Shown in pieces: positions 25,970-40,975 of a stretch of DNA of 64,000 bases (positions are counted from its first letter, which is position 1; each line of letters begins with the position of its first letter). Under the pieces are notes generated by a model. The model made no database searches. It was given only the letters and a program-made list of their open reading frames with translations, and had not been told where the DNA came from. Source of the DNA: Octopus vulgaris (Eukaryota); assembly GCA_951406725.2 (NCBI GenBank), contig OX597839.1:5890001-5954000 (forward strand). The letters are read 5' to 3'. A program made the translations under genes and the position numbers.

Positions 25970-26528
25970 ATATACGTATATATGTATATATATTTATTTA
26001 TTTAAAAAGCATATTATTTTACACCCTGTATATATATATATATATGTATGTATATATATATATGTATATATATAGGCGTTTTTCAGCATAACATTTTAAA
26101 GGGAAAAAGGCAAAATTCACCCACCCGCCCGCCCCATTTTTTTAACAGATGGTAGAAAAATTTATATATGTATACATACATACAAACATTAATATACATA
26201 CATACACGCAAACTACTATATATGTACGCACATACATATATTTGTGCACATACATTCGAATATACAGACATACGTATACATACATGCATACACATATGTA
26301 CATACATATATATATCTGTACACACACACACATACATACAAAAGACGGCAACAGCAGCAACAATGCCAACAACAATGACAACAACAGTAATATTAGCAGA
26401 AGTAGTAGTAGTAGTAGCAGCAGCAGCAGTAATTAAATGGCAATAGAGAAAAGGAGAACAAATGCAAAGCAGCAATAATTAATTCTGACTTAATTTTTGG
26501 AGAAAGCTAATAATAATATTAATAATAA

Positions 26529-26935
26529 TTTCAAATTTTGCCTCAAGGCCAGCATTTCGTGGGGAAGGGTTCAGTCGATTACATCGACCCCAGTGCTCAA
26601 CTGGTACTTATTTTACTGACTCCGGAAGGGACAAATGGCTAAGTATGCCCCCAGTGGAATTCGAACTCAGAATGTAAAGATGGATCAAAATGCTTAGCGG
26701 CATTTTGTCCAGCTTGCTAATGGTTCTGCCAGTTCACCACCTAAATAAATAAGTAAATAAAAATAATTATCTCTAAGATGGGCACAATGCCCGAAATTTG
26801 GTAGAAAATGTGTTAGCCAATGAGATTGAACCCCTGACTGGTCCTTTTTTTTAGGACCCCCGAAGGGATGAAAGGCAAAGTCGACCTTGGTAGAATTACA
26901 AGCCAGAATGTAAGGTGTTAGAATAAATACCACAA
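26529..26935 (-). mobile_element. Two tandem old family-M-related SINE relics
   Basis: gattacatcgaccccagtgctcaactggtactta and ccccgaagggatgaaaggcaaagtcgacc, adjacent to (AAT)n. Confidence 0.75.
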
Positions 26936-27625
26936 AGCTTTATTTTTTTTTTTTTCGGAGGGTGTTATAATAAAAATAATTTCTAACATAGGCACAAGGC
27001 TATCAATTAGTGGGGAAAGGAAGGGGTTTTTTGGGGGGTTTTTTTTGCTCATTTAACCCTAAAAAAAGACTCCATGCTTTTATTTTAGCAATAAAAGGTT
27101 AAGGTAGCCACTGACTGTAAACAACTGCAACAAAATACTGCAGAATATTATTGTCTGACACTGTCTGGTTTTACAAACCAGATTCCTAACATAGGTGTTA
27201 GTCATTTTCAAGGGTTAGATATTTTAAGGGTTGAGTGTCTCAGATTAAATTAACCCCTCTTCCACACTGGCTGAAGACTTAGGTTTTTTTTTTATTTCTT
27301 ATATTGACCCCCAGAAAAAAAATGTTGAAGCTTGTCAGGTTTTGAACATGGAATGTAGCTTGAAACACTGCAATGAAGTACTTTGTTTCCAACTTTAGTA
27401 ATTCTACCAAATAATAATAATAATTTGTAATATAACGAAAGTATTTGCATACATTCAGAATTCAGGGGCTTAATAACAAAAAGTTGAACAATGGATATGT
27501 TTTTATGCATTAGAGAGAGAGAGAGAGAGATGTTTTCATACAACGCTTATTACAGTGAACAATATTTTTTAAAATCTATGATGAAATCTACTAAAAGTCT
27601 CAGAAGCAATGTGCAAGAGAGGTAG

Positions 27626-27659
<34 letters not shown>

Positions 27660-28520
27660 GATGTATTTCTATGTATATATATATATATATATGCATGTGT
27701 TACATAATATATATATGCATGTGTTACATAATATATATTTATATCAGATATTGCATAACATGTAGATTATGTATGTTACCCAAAATATATTTATAAAATA
27801 TAGTAAATATTAAAGATATTTATATGTATATATTGCAAAACATACACATTATATATATATATATGACACTGTACATAGAACCTATGTCCTTGCACATTAT
27901 ATAATTCAAATATATACACACAAGATGTAAGAGAGAGAGAGAGAGAGCACCAGTTGTTTGTTTGTGTCTTGTTTTGTGACTATTTTTATTTTCAGAAGAA
28001 TGATGATGAAGATGAAGGGGCAATGAACAGGTATGAGAAGAGAATGTAGTTATAGGAAAGCATCAGGATGGGAAGAGTGATGTATCTATTTAATATACAT
28101 ATATATATATATATATATAAAGAGGATATGATAGGTCAGTGTGAATGAGAAAGTTTAGGTAGTGAAAGAAACCCAGTCCCTCAGCATGGCTGTAGTCCAA
28201 TGATTGAGACAGCTAAATGATAAAATAAAACACACACAGAAATAAAAAGTGGTGATATCATATATATATATGTAGAGAGAGAGGTGGGATAACAGGGATA
28301 TGACTTGCATAGTGTTTTGTATACAGAGAAATTTGATATCACTCTATGGCTGCAGAAAGACCTTGTTAGAAGAGTTCTCTTCATTAATTAGGAAATGCTG
28401 CACATGTCCTTGTATTATATACATCTATGCATATATGTATATTGTCATATGTACATGCATCAGTGTATAGATGCATACATGCATGTGTGTGTGTGTATGT
28501 ATATATATATGTGTATATGT

Positions 28521-28560
<40 letters not shown>

Positions 28561-28613
28561 CACACTCATACATGTATATTATATATATATTTATACACAC
28601 TCTCACACACATG

Positions 28614-28654
<41 letters not shown>

Positions 28655-29289
28655 ATGGGTGAGAGTGTGTGTGTGTATATATGTGTGTGAACATATTTTC
28701 ACAAAGGTGTGATATTAATATATTTCGCTATTAAAATAATTCTGCTACCTCTACTATTGTTAATAAAAACAACAACAATAATAATAATAATAATGATAAT
28801 AATAATAGTAATTTGGGTACAAGAGCACTACTTTGTGGTGGGAGAGATAAGGGTAAAGGCGTTGGGGATGTATGTAATTTCATTAAATGATCTTAATTAA
28901 ATGCTAAAATAGGATTTGAAAATGTGAGTGTTAAATAAACAAAAGAGCAAAATGACTTTTTAGATACTATAAAGGCACTCTACCAATTTTGGTTCTTCAC
29001 TACTCTCTCTAAGATGGTTATGATGATGATATGATGAGAGGAATTAATATGGCCACACAAGATCTCAAATGTTTTGTGGAGCAGCGCGGGGGTTGTGGTG
29101 TAACAACACAGTTAATGCTAAGTCCAGTTTCAGTATGGATAACTTCCTTCACTGACCAGAAAGGTGAAAAGCAAAAAAGCTCAGCCTTATGTGGGATTTG
29201 AACTTGCAGTGTAACAAAACATGTAACAAAACTCTGTGATGAGGTTTTACAGCTAATACTCTACTGATCCTACCAATGCAACCTGTTTG

Positions 29290-29318
<29 letters not shown>

Positions 29319-29320
<2 letters not shown>

Positions 29321-29970
29321 CCTTTCTACAATAGGCACAAAGCCAGAAATTTTGGTGAAGTAAGCCAGTTGATTATATTGACCCAGTCTTTCACTGGTCC
29401 TTAATTTATTGACCCTGAAAGGATGAAAGGCAAAGTCAACCTTGGCAGAATTTGAACACAGAATGTGAAGACGAACAATATGTAATTGAGCATTTTGTCT
29501 GGTATGCTAATGGTTCTGCCAGCTCACTGCCTTAATAATAATAATAATAATTCTTTCTGATTTTTTGGCACAAGGCCAGCACTTTTGGGTGGAAGGGGAA
29601 GGCAATTACATTGACCCTTAGTAGTTGGTTGGTGCTTATTTTTATTGACCCCTGTAAGAATGAAAAAGCAAAGTTGATCCTGGTTGAATTTGAACTTAGA
29701 ACAAAAAACCAGCATTCACAAAATTCTACCAGCTCACCACCTTACTACTACTACTACTACTAATAATAATAATAATTTCTAAGATTGACATCAAGGCTAG
29801 GCATTTGAGCCAGAGGCACTAGTCAATGAAACTAACCCCACGGACGTTTATCAATACCAGATGGATGAAAGGCAAAGTTTGCCTTGGTTAGATATGAACT
29901 CAGAACATACATAGGCAGAAGAAATAATGCAAAGCATATTTTGCCTGATTCCCTCAACAATTCTTCTATG
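29319..29970 (-). mobile_element. Three tandem old family-M-related SINE relics
   Basis: Each has a ggcacaag..gaccc..ggatgaaaggcaaagt..tttgaac-type core; separated by (AAT)n. Confidence 0.75.
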
Positions 29971-30398
29971 CCACTAGCTTCCTTCGGGACCTGACTCTGC
30001 TCTACCATTTACTGATGCAAAAGAACCAGTCCCTAGAAGACCTCGAGTTAACTTGTCTAACTGTGATATTAACAACTCCAAACAGCTTTTGTACCAAATG
30101 ACAGTGAGCCATTACTAATATTATTCATTATTATTAATGTAGTTGTTAATGCTGTTATAGTTATCATTATAATAGATAAGCAGGATGGAGAAGAGAGACT
30201 GAGAGAGAGAGAGACAGAGAGAGAAATAAGAAACTAGAAATGATTCCCTAAAAGCAAATCCAATCTGAAAATACTTCACATTAATTTCACAAAGAGAGTA
30301 TGTATGAGCATTTGTGTGTGTGTGTGTGTGTGTGTGTATTAATATATATGCCTGTTTATCTATGAATGTTAAAGTGTATGTTTCAGTGTGTGTATGTA

Positions 30399-30445
<47 letters not shown>

Positions 30446-30633
30446 TTATATATATACACACACAAACATATATATATATATATGTTTACATACATACATA
30501 TATATATGTGTTTATACATATATACACGCACAAACATATATACATATATATTCATGTTTATGTGTTTACACACACACACAATATATATATATATATATGC
30601 ATATTTAAGTGTTTATATATATACACACACACA

Positions 30634-30671
<38 letters not shown>

Positions 30672-30733
30672 TGTTTATGTGTTTACATATATATATGCAT
30701 GCATATTTAAGTGTTTATAAATACACACACACA

Positions 30734-30779
<46 letters not shown>

Positions 30780-31266
30780 AAACAGAGTGGAATATTATTT
30801 TATGAATTGAAACAAGAAAGGCAAACAGTTTTAAATGGGAATGAAAAGAAAATAAAAATAAAGAAACAATACAAAAACGAAAACAACTGTTAATGTCATT
30901 ATATATATAAATGAAATTCAATTTGCATGTCTATGCGAGTGTGTGCATATAACTTCATATACACACGAATATATACGTGCGTATGTATGTTTAAATATGC
31001 GTGTGTGTGTTGGAATGATTATTCTGTCCATGAGATATGGATTACAAATAACAAAAATCAAACAAGTAAAAAAAAAAAATGTAATAAAAAAGTAATAAAA
31101 CAGATAAAATAAAACATACGTATCACTTCAACAATAAATGAAAGCAACTCAATATATGATTTGTTATAAAGATTTAAACACAAAAATAAAAACGAAAACA
31201 AACAAACAAACATATAAATATGCAAGCACTATATACATACACTTGCAACACACTGCTGTCACATCA

Positions 31267-32006
31267 TCTCTCTCTATATAAACGGCAGTTTGTCTGTGCG
31301 TGTTTCTGTGTGTCTGTTTCTCATACCTCACTCTGACCACGGCTTTCAACCGATTCTGATGAAACTTGACACACACATAGCCCAATGTCATAGTTCAAAA
31401 CAACGAGGAAATTTTGAAAGTTCCCCAGTTCTGAAAAATCGATAAATTCGACATGGGGTCGAGAATGAAAACCAAACCACAGACCGTCTAGGGGACGCAA
31501 CTCCACCTGTTTAACTCTCAAAAAAATTTACCATCATTTTTTCCATTTTTTTGCTATTTTTGGCATAACTCTCTAAAAATGCTTTATAGTTATTCTACAA
31601 ACCTGGCAACGCCGGATACTGCTATTCTCTATATAAACGGCAGTTTGTCTGTGCGTTTTCTGTGTGTCTGTTTTCTCGTACCCTCACTCTGACCACGGCT
31701 TTCAACCGATTCTGATGAAACTTGACACACACATAGCCCAATGTCATAGTTCAAAACTAAACGCAGCGAAAATTTTGAAAAGTTCCCCCACTTCTGAAAA
31801 AGATCGATAAATTCGACATGGGGTCGAGAATCTGAAACCCAAACCACAGACCGTCTAGGGGACGCAACTCCACCTTTTTTATCCCTCAAAAAAAATTTAC
31901 CATCATTTTTTTTCCATTTTTTTGCTATTTTTTAGCTATAACTCTCTAAAAATGCTTTATAGTTATTTCCCTTACAAACCTGAGCAACGCCGGGCGATAC
32001 TGCTAG
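31267..32006 (+). mobile_element. Head-to-tail Helitron dimer
   Basis: A|TCTCTCTCTATATAAACGGCAG... with unit 1 to ~31624 and unit 2 at 31626-32006, ending cctgagcaacgccggg-cgatactgCTAG|T. The 3' part is shared with 12628-13011. Confidence 0.85.
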
Positions 32007-33539
32007 TACATATATAAATGTGTGTGTGTGTGTGTGTGTGTTAAGCCTTCAACAGCACTTAATTTTTACTCATTTAGCTTGATCATGTTATAAGAAAAAC
32101 TACAATTCTCGTTAAATACGGCTACCCATGGTTTCGACTGGGAAACCCGAGGTTGCCGTATGTAATAAAAATTGCAGTTTTTATTATCACATCATATATA
32201 TATATGAATATAAATATCTGGTGATCAGGGCCATCTCAACAGCATTATAGGCCTCTGGGGGAAATCGATGCACGTGACCCTATGGTATTTAGTATATTGA
32301 TAGCAAGCCACAGTTTACGCAGTTCAGCATAGGGCCGGCCCCTAGTCTCATGAGGCACATGAACAAGTGCCCACACCTTAAAATGACACTGGTGATGATG
32401 GTCGAACTCTATTCAAGTGATAGATCTATAGACAAGACATTCCAGTCATGACCACTCCTAAATTTCAGTAGAGGTTATCTAGGACCATATCATCTAACAG
32501 GTTCTCACCATTTAAGATGGTGAAGTCTATTTTGAGGGAGAGTTGCCTGCTATCTCTGAACAGCTGAAAAACCAACTAGAAGCTCTCTTGTTGCGAGGTG
32601 TTCATGTATTTGTTTGTAAGTAGGCCCTATGTCAAATTTTTGTTAAAAAGGAAACCAGCTTAAATAGCAGTTTTGAAATGAAATCCTCCTCCCCCCTTTA
32701 TTGAACTGCTGCTGCTTCTTAGAAAGAGCAGAAGACTTTAAAACCCCTTTTTTAATCTCACCAGTCCACTGTTATATCTGGAGTAGAGAACAATCAGTTG
32801 AAATACTTGTGCATTTGCTTAGGGACTTCCCCAACTTCTAACCATCTTTTTGGCCTGGGCCCTATTCGATCCATATCTTACCCAGTGATAAAAAGCAGAA
32901 TTTAGGATTGACATATACAGAACTGAAACATATACAGCAATGCATGTCAGTCATTATATTAATTTGAATTAATTATTCTATTAACAAGATTTTGAAAACA
33001 ATACACATACATAAAACTGAAACAAGCACAGACATAAAAAAAAAACAAAAATTAAAATTTTTAAATAAAGATTTCTGAAATTAATTAGCAACAGCAACCA
33101 GACCACCACTAACAACAACAAAGTGCAATCAATGAATTAACCAACGAAATAAAAACAATATATACAAATATATATAAATTAAACCAAAAAATTCAAACGG
33201 AGCGATTACAACAAAACTATAGTACAATTCAATAAAGTTCAAAACACAACTGGAAACAAAGAAGGGAGTGAAAATGTGATATTTCACGGTGTGGTTACAC
33301 TAATAAAGATAATATTGACAGTGCAAAAATTACAAAAACAAAACAAAAACAACAGTACTATTTGTTGCAGCAGGTGCATTAATGATAAAACTTGAAAATG
33401 AGGATAAGTTAACCTGTATATACATGCATGTGTGTATATATATATATGTACAGTTTGAATTCTAGAAAGTGTGTGTCTGTATGCGTGCATGTATATATAT
33501 ATATATATATATAAAATTATAAATTAGGGACAAGATAGT

Positions 33540-33651
33540 ACCATGCTGAAAATAGCAGCCATGATCTGACTCTAAAACCACCTTTATTGCCCATATATCA
33601 CACGTTAAGGTGGTTTTAGAGCCAGATCATGGCTGCTATTTTCAGCATGGT
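33540..33651. repeat. 45-bp near-perfect inverted repeat with a 22-nt loop
   Basis: Arms 33540-33584 and 33607-33651; a single mismatch (33569 A / 33622 C). Confidence 0.95.
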
Positions 33652-33771
33652 GGTATTTCGTAGATACCTTAATTTATAATTTAAATAATTATTACCTTTG
33701 AAGGTTATTTTTCCCATGCTGACCACTTGATAAAAATCGTTATTTTATTTTTGAATCAACGATCTTATCCT

Positions 33772-33810
<39 letters not shown>

Positions 33811-33967
33811 GTATGTAGACACACTTTCAATTATAGAAATCAGTCCATGTTACCAATAGTTTCAAAATCACTATTGTCATCATACCAGTTTGACTGCAAG
33901 TGATTCAGGATTTGTTTTGGCTATATAACTGCGAGTGAACAATTTCATACGTATTTTTCTGTGTATA

Positions 33968-34000
<33 letters not shown>

Positions 34001-35108
34001 CATCAACATTAAACGATGATTATGATGATGATATTAATATTGTATGTGTATATATAAGCATGCTCGTGTTTAACTCCAAGTCAGCTCTGAATGACCAAGC
34101 TTTTGATTAAGTACATTCCAACCATGACAAGCCTGTCTTTGTCTAAACCATAATATCTCCAAGTCTTTATCATCCTGGATATATCACGTCTCCTCGTGAG
34201 ATTTGGGGAAAATTTCCAATAGATCAGGCAACTGTATAGAGTTTTGTTCCTTATGTATGAGTATCTGTATGTGTCGTGTATATATATATATGTCAGTATT
34301 CATCATCTGCAATATTTTAGAGCCAAACATATGCATATAAATAAACTAAGCACAAATGACCAACAAAATTCAACAGATTCAACAACGAAAGAAATGTTTG
34401 CATCCCATACAAAAGGACAGCTAAACAAAACAGAAAAAAACCCACTTAAACTATTACACTGACATGCTTAAATATATAACTGAGAAAAGAAGCAAACCAG
34501 AAAAAAAAAAAAATCTCAATAAAGTAAAAAGAACAGAAAGGAAAAGAAAACACCTGAGGCATGTAAAAACTCGCCAGTAACTAACTTTTAACAGATGCAA
34601 TGGAATAATGTCAGTTACCAGGACGCAGAAGTGTGACGAAATTTTTAGATATTCATAATAGGAAACTACTATTAAGAAATATCTAAAAGGTTAATATAAC
34701 AAATTTTTGATGTTCTTAATTAGATAAAATGAATTCCACAGTGTTTCATATATATATAATCAAAATTGGGTAACCAGTAGGAATTGAACATAGATCTTCT
34801 CGTTTAAATCATAGTGTATGTGTGGTGTTTAAATATCGAACAATCTGTATTCATTATGCATAAAATGAAACATCAGAAGGATTATATGAAAGTATGATGA
34901 TGGTGGTGGTGGTAGAAATGTAGGGAGGGGAAAATGTAGTGAAGAAAGATGGTAGCAGAGAGGAGGTAGGAAACATTTGTGTGTGTGTGTGTGCTCTTGT
35001 ACAAGACAAACAAATGATTCATTCTGATGGAGAAAGGGTAAGAAAAATTCGGAAATTTTTAATGTCAAGATTTTCTTAAACTGAAATATACAGAGGAGTC
35101 AACAATTG

Positions 35109-35227
<119 letters not shown>

Positions 35228-35447
35228 TGGGAAGGGTGCTGAGTAGCTGTGTGGTTGAGAAGTTTGCCTTACAAGGAATGTGGTTTGAGTTTTTCCACCC
35301 TTTTCACAGCACTTTGAGCAAGTATTGCTTGCCAAAAGAGCTTCCAGCCTGACTGACTAAGATCTTAAGATTAAAAATTTGGTGAAATGAAACTGTGAAA
35401 GTTCAATGGATATATATGTATGTATGTATGTATGTATATTCCTTATT

Positions 35448-35758
35448 GTGGAGGTGCAATGGCCCAGTGGTTAGGGCAGCGGACTCACGGTTGTAGGATC
35501 GCGGTTTCGATTCCCAGACCGGGCGTTGTGAGTGTTTATTGAGCGAAAACACCTAAAGCTCCACGAGGCTCTGGCAGGGGGTGGTGGCGATCCCTGCTGT
35601 ACTCTTTCACCGCAACTTTCTCTCACTCTTTCTTCTGTTGGCTTGCTCGCTTAGCCAGCGGGTTGGCGTCATTTGAAGGCTAAAACAATGCGAAGCGCAT
35701 TGTGACCAGCGATGTGTAGCAACATCTTATAGCCTGGTCGGTCACGATGATCATGGTG
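35448..35758 (+). mobile_element. Family R1 SINE (tail B)
   Basis: Full head and tail; TSD ATATTCCTTATT / ATATTCCTCATT at 35436-35447 and 35759-35770. Confidence 0.9.
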
Positions 35759-37304
35759 ATATTCCTCATTACAGGGTATAAGGTAGATGAAAGAATATAT
35801 AAATGAACGATTGACAATGAGTATGTAAGAGAAAGTGACTAGAAAGATATTTGAGTAAGTTAATCATATTGTGATTATAACACAAACACCTACACTGAGA
35901 GAGCAAGAGAGAGGGGGTGAGGTGGAGAAGAATATATCGACAAAAGGTGGGGAGAAAATTTGAAGTGTTAGGAGTGTGGGGAGACATTCTCTTTATGAAA
36001 ATGTTTGGTCAAAATTCATAAATTTATAACCTCAAAAAAAAAAAAAAGAAAAACTTACAAATTTGACATTTTTCGATGTGTCCACCTGTCATAATTGATG
36101 AGGATGTTGATGTTGATAATGATATTAATAATAATTATTTCTTATATAGACACAAGACCTGAAATTTGAGGGAAAGATGGATCTAATCTAATCTATTATA
36201 TTTAATAATATTATATATATACTCAAGTGGTACTAATTTTATCACCTTCAAATGGATGAAAGAGTAAGTCAAGTTCAGTGAAATTTGAACTCAGACTGTT
36301 TGGACAAGCTAAATGCTGTGAAGTATTCTGTCCAGTGTGCTAACAATTCGGCCAACTCACTGCCTTTCGAATAGCTTTAATAGGAATCATTATGGTTGTT
36401 GACTTTAACAAAAGGTCAAAGGTTTGAGTGGTTTCTAGTCATCGTAGATGAAGTCCTTATTTTAAGAAGGGATGAGGGAGTTCAGAAATAGACCATGGAA
36501 AATGTACACAGAAACATGAACATCTATCAGTATACACCTGTCTATCTATCCATCTCTCTCTTTCTCTCTCTCTGCATACATATACACTCATGTATACACA
36601 TCCATGTGTTCGTATAAATGTGCATGTTGGATGTATATTCATATCTCTAAGGAAATAAAGGCCTGCATTTTGCCAATCTTGAATGTACTACAAAAGATAA
36701 ATATAGAATTTGAAAAAAAAAAAGGGGACAAAAAAAAATCGAATCAACAATATCTGTTCAGGAAGGATCATTTAAAGGGGAACAAAAAAATGGGGTGTGT
36801 GATTCCTTGGTGAAGGGGTCGGGTTAGGTATGTGTAGAGGAAGAAGTTGGATTAAAAACAGCAAAGTAAATTAACAAAGCAGCAAGCTCTGATGATGACG
36901 ACGATGATGATGATGATGGTTATAGCATTATAGTTAATCATGAAGATGACAACAGTTATGATTTTATAATGACAATAAAGAGAATTTGTAAATTATAAAC
37001 AAAACTAGTTTGTAATTTTAACAAAAAAAAAATTAGTGGGAAAGAAATGGTGATGTTGTAGCAATCATTCATACCAAATGTGCAATGTGAAATTTTAATT
37101 ACTATCAATTTATATCATTTTTTTTACTAATTATTTGCTATGAATTTAATGATATAAAAAAAAACAATAAAGTGGTCAAGAAACATAAGAACCATGATAA
37201 TGAACCATTATGATTTCCATTCATTCTTCAAAGGAACTAATTTATCGATTTGACATCTGGGAATCTTATTAACAATAACGACGACGATAATAATTAAGAT
37301 GTGG

Positions 37305-37338
<34 letters not shown>

Positions 37339-39060
37339 TAATAATAATAATATAGTCCATTTGACCAGGAGACAAAGACACTCATATAAGGCAGGGAGGT
37401 AGGTGCACGAGTCAATAAAATTTAATTAATAGATGTATCAACATGTTGGTGATTTTATCAACCTCAGAAAGATGAAAGGCAAAATTAGAACTCTTTCCTG
37501 GAGAGGTTTGAACTGGGAAAAGAATACAAAACAGGTCACCAACTAGCTTGATACCTACTGACTGAACCACCTTACTGCCTCTATATAACTAATAATAATA
37601 ATAATGATAATAATGATAATAGCAAAAGATTGCTTTGGGAAGCTTCGAGGCCCCTAAACTAGTAGGTTGAAGTTTACGAAAGCAGAAGGCCCAAATAGCT
37701 AATAAACAAGAAAATCAAATTTACATAAGAAGCATGTATGTATATCTGTGAAATGTATGGGTATGTGTATTTGTTTATATATGTAAGTAATACAGCATGT
37801 GTGTATGCATGTATGTATGTATGTGTGTGTGTGTGTGTGTGTATAAAGCACATGAGTCACAAAAAAAAAAGTGGGGTTTTGCGCAGTTAATGCGACCAGT
37901 AACAGGCCAAAACATTCAACTATTTCTCTGAATTGCTAAGGGGCCATGCAACCACTTTGCCGCATGTAAATATAAGTAATGCACAACATTATTTAGAAAA
38001 TGACGATAAATGTTAAAATTAAAAAACAAAATATGAATTCAAGAAAACATATATACAATATATATATATAATGTCATATATATATATATATAATATAATA
38101 TGTATATATGTGTTTTGAAGCTTTAAGCATCATTCTAAATGAGGATGGGGGGTCAGCTTTTATGTATGCTAACTTTTTTTTTTTTTTTCACGTTTTTCGT
38201 AATAATTTTGTTTTTCGTTTTATTAAATATAAAAAAGGGGGGGAGGAGAAACAGGAAAATTATTTTCTGACAGGTGCTGGAGATTTAGACAGATATTACT
38301 CTGACATTTTACCCATCATATATATATATATAGATATATAGATATATATATAATGTGTGTATGTGTGTGTGTGTATTTATAATTGTGTGTATATGTATTT
38401 ATTTATTTATATATACATATACTGCATATAGTTTTGTTTTTAAATAACTTTTTTATATTTACCTCTTTTCTTATATCACCGGATAGCTGTTTTCCCCATA
38501 TTATATATATATATATATATATATGCACACACATATCTATATCTATGTATGCACATATACATATATATGTATGTGTACATAATACTTGTATGCGTATAAG
38601 TATTTATATATACACATACAAACGCACACGTATATATGCATATATATATATTTATATATATTTATATACACACATAAATATGTATGTATATATGTATATA
38701 TATTTTTTTTGTGGTAGATAAGTTAAAGCGTAGTAGTAGGGGTATATATATATATCAGTACAATTTACTCAAACCCTACTTTATTTCTGATTAACTGTTT
38801 GCATCAACTCTTGAACGAAGAGTAACGTTGACCACAGCAGGATTTGAAACTGGATAAAACAGTTTATATCAAAAAAAAAAAAAAAAAATGTAGGCAAACG
38901 AAAAACAACAACAAGAACTTATGAAGGAAACCGAAATGCAATGAGCTAGATACTCTATAAAGTATCTATAATGTAATCTGGTCCTCTAACACATTGTTCC
39001 AGCAGGAACTGACGTAAATCAAAGTATATAGATTGTACACACATAGACACACACATACAC

Positions 39061-39104
<44 letters not shown>

Positions 39105-39152
39105 TAATTAAGGGTTATATGCAACAAGTTGCTCAAAACCACATACAAAACC

Positions 39153-39183
<31 letters not shown>

Positions 39184-39369
39184 CATATATATATATGTAT
39201 GTATATATATATATATACATATCCACACAAGTTTATATATAGAAAAAGAACATGAAGTTGAAAAGTGATCGGATATCCTTCAATCTATTTGCATTATCCC
39301 TGTAATGTAAATGAATTAAAGGAGCTCAAATGTATTTTCAAATCTTTATACATATATATGTATGTATAC

Positions 39370-39401
<32 letters not shown>

Positions 39402-40135
39402 GTATGTATACGTGTATATATATATGTATGTATACGTGTATATATATATGTATGTATACGTGTATATATATATGTATACATGTGTATGTATATATATATA
39501 TGTATACGTGTATATATATATGTATGTATACGTGTATATATGTATGTATTTATATATATGTATACATGTGTATATATATATGTATACATGTGTATATATC
39601 TATATATATATATTTGAGGAGTGATGTGTGAAAAATGAGATTTGCACCATCACTGAAGTGTGTTTGTGTTTTCCTTCTTTCTAGAATTCTGTCAGGTTAA
39701 GGAAAGACAAGACTTGATAACATTTCTTGCGGGTATCAGACGGGTTGGAGAAATGATAGAAGCAACCACAATTTATTGACTTATCCACGCAGACAGGAGA
39801 ACTATTCTAAACACTCGCAACAGAGTGGACTTTTTTTCTAAAAGGCACCCAACAATCAGTTGGTAGAATATTAAACCAGATGACAGATGAAGTCTACTAT
39901 CCATGTATGTTATATGATTTGAAGAAGTGTATGCATGCTTTTTGCCCCTAAAAATAAGTTTTAGAAGTGACTGAATGATCAATGAAAAGATACAGTTATG
40001 TATGTATGTATGTATCTATGTATATGTATTACATAATCTGAAGGATGTATGGGTGTATATGTGACAGAAATGATTTTAGGTAAGACTATGCAGTGTGTGT
40101 GGTGTGTAAAAAGATAGACTTATGTGTATATGCCA

Positions 40136-40369
40136 AGGCGGCGAGCTGGCAGAAACGTTAACACGCCTGGCGAAATGCGTAGCGGTATTTCGTCTGCCGT
40201 TACGTTCTGAGTTCAAATTCCGCCGAGGTCGACTTTGCCTTTCATCCTTTCGGGGTCGATAAATTAAGTACCAGTTGCACACTGGGGTCGATGTAATCGA
40301 CTTAATCCCTTTGTCTGTCCTTGTTTGTCCCCTCTGTGTTTAGCCCCTTATGGGTAGTAAAGAGATAGG
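40136..40369 (+). mobile_element. Young full-length family M SINE
   Basis: Nearly identical to the first unit of the 10982 copy. Confidence 0.9.
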
Positions 40370-40939
40370 CATATGTATGTTTGTGTTTGTGTGAGTGTGT
40401 CTAAAAACAAGGGAATGTTTAACTGATTATCATTATTATTATTATTACTGTGGATTTTATTATCAGACTATTCATGTTCACTTGCAAGTTGTGGTTTGCA
40501 GTCGTGGGCTTTGTTTAATCCCAGGCTATCTCTGACTGAGCAAGTAGAACAATGACTATAATCCAAGACATTCCTGTCATGACCATCTTGCCATTTTAGG
40601 TGTTGACATGAAAATACACTATATAATGCATACAGTTTCTTATTTGAGTGGGAAAGATGTGATCTGAAGGAAATATTGCCAGCTCACCACCTTAGTAATA
40701 ATAATAATAATAATAATAATGATAATAAATTCTAGCATGGGCAGAAGGCCAGAAATTGGGGTGAGGAGGTTTGGTTGATCAAAGCAACCCAAGCACTTGA
40801 ATGATAATAATTTTGACCCAAAAAAATGAAAGGCAAATCTGACCTTGGAATTCAAGATAACACTCTAGAGCAGGGTTGTAACAAAATCTTTGTTTGTCCT
40901 TTACTTAAATCCTTTAGCATTTCAGACAATCCTCAATCC

Positions 40940-40975
<36 letters not shown>

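Noticed and set aside
32226-32391. Possible short MITE (cagggccatctcaa...ttaaaatgacactg)
   Set aside because: TIR match is weak, only a 5-bp flanking repeat, and a single copy in the window.
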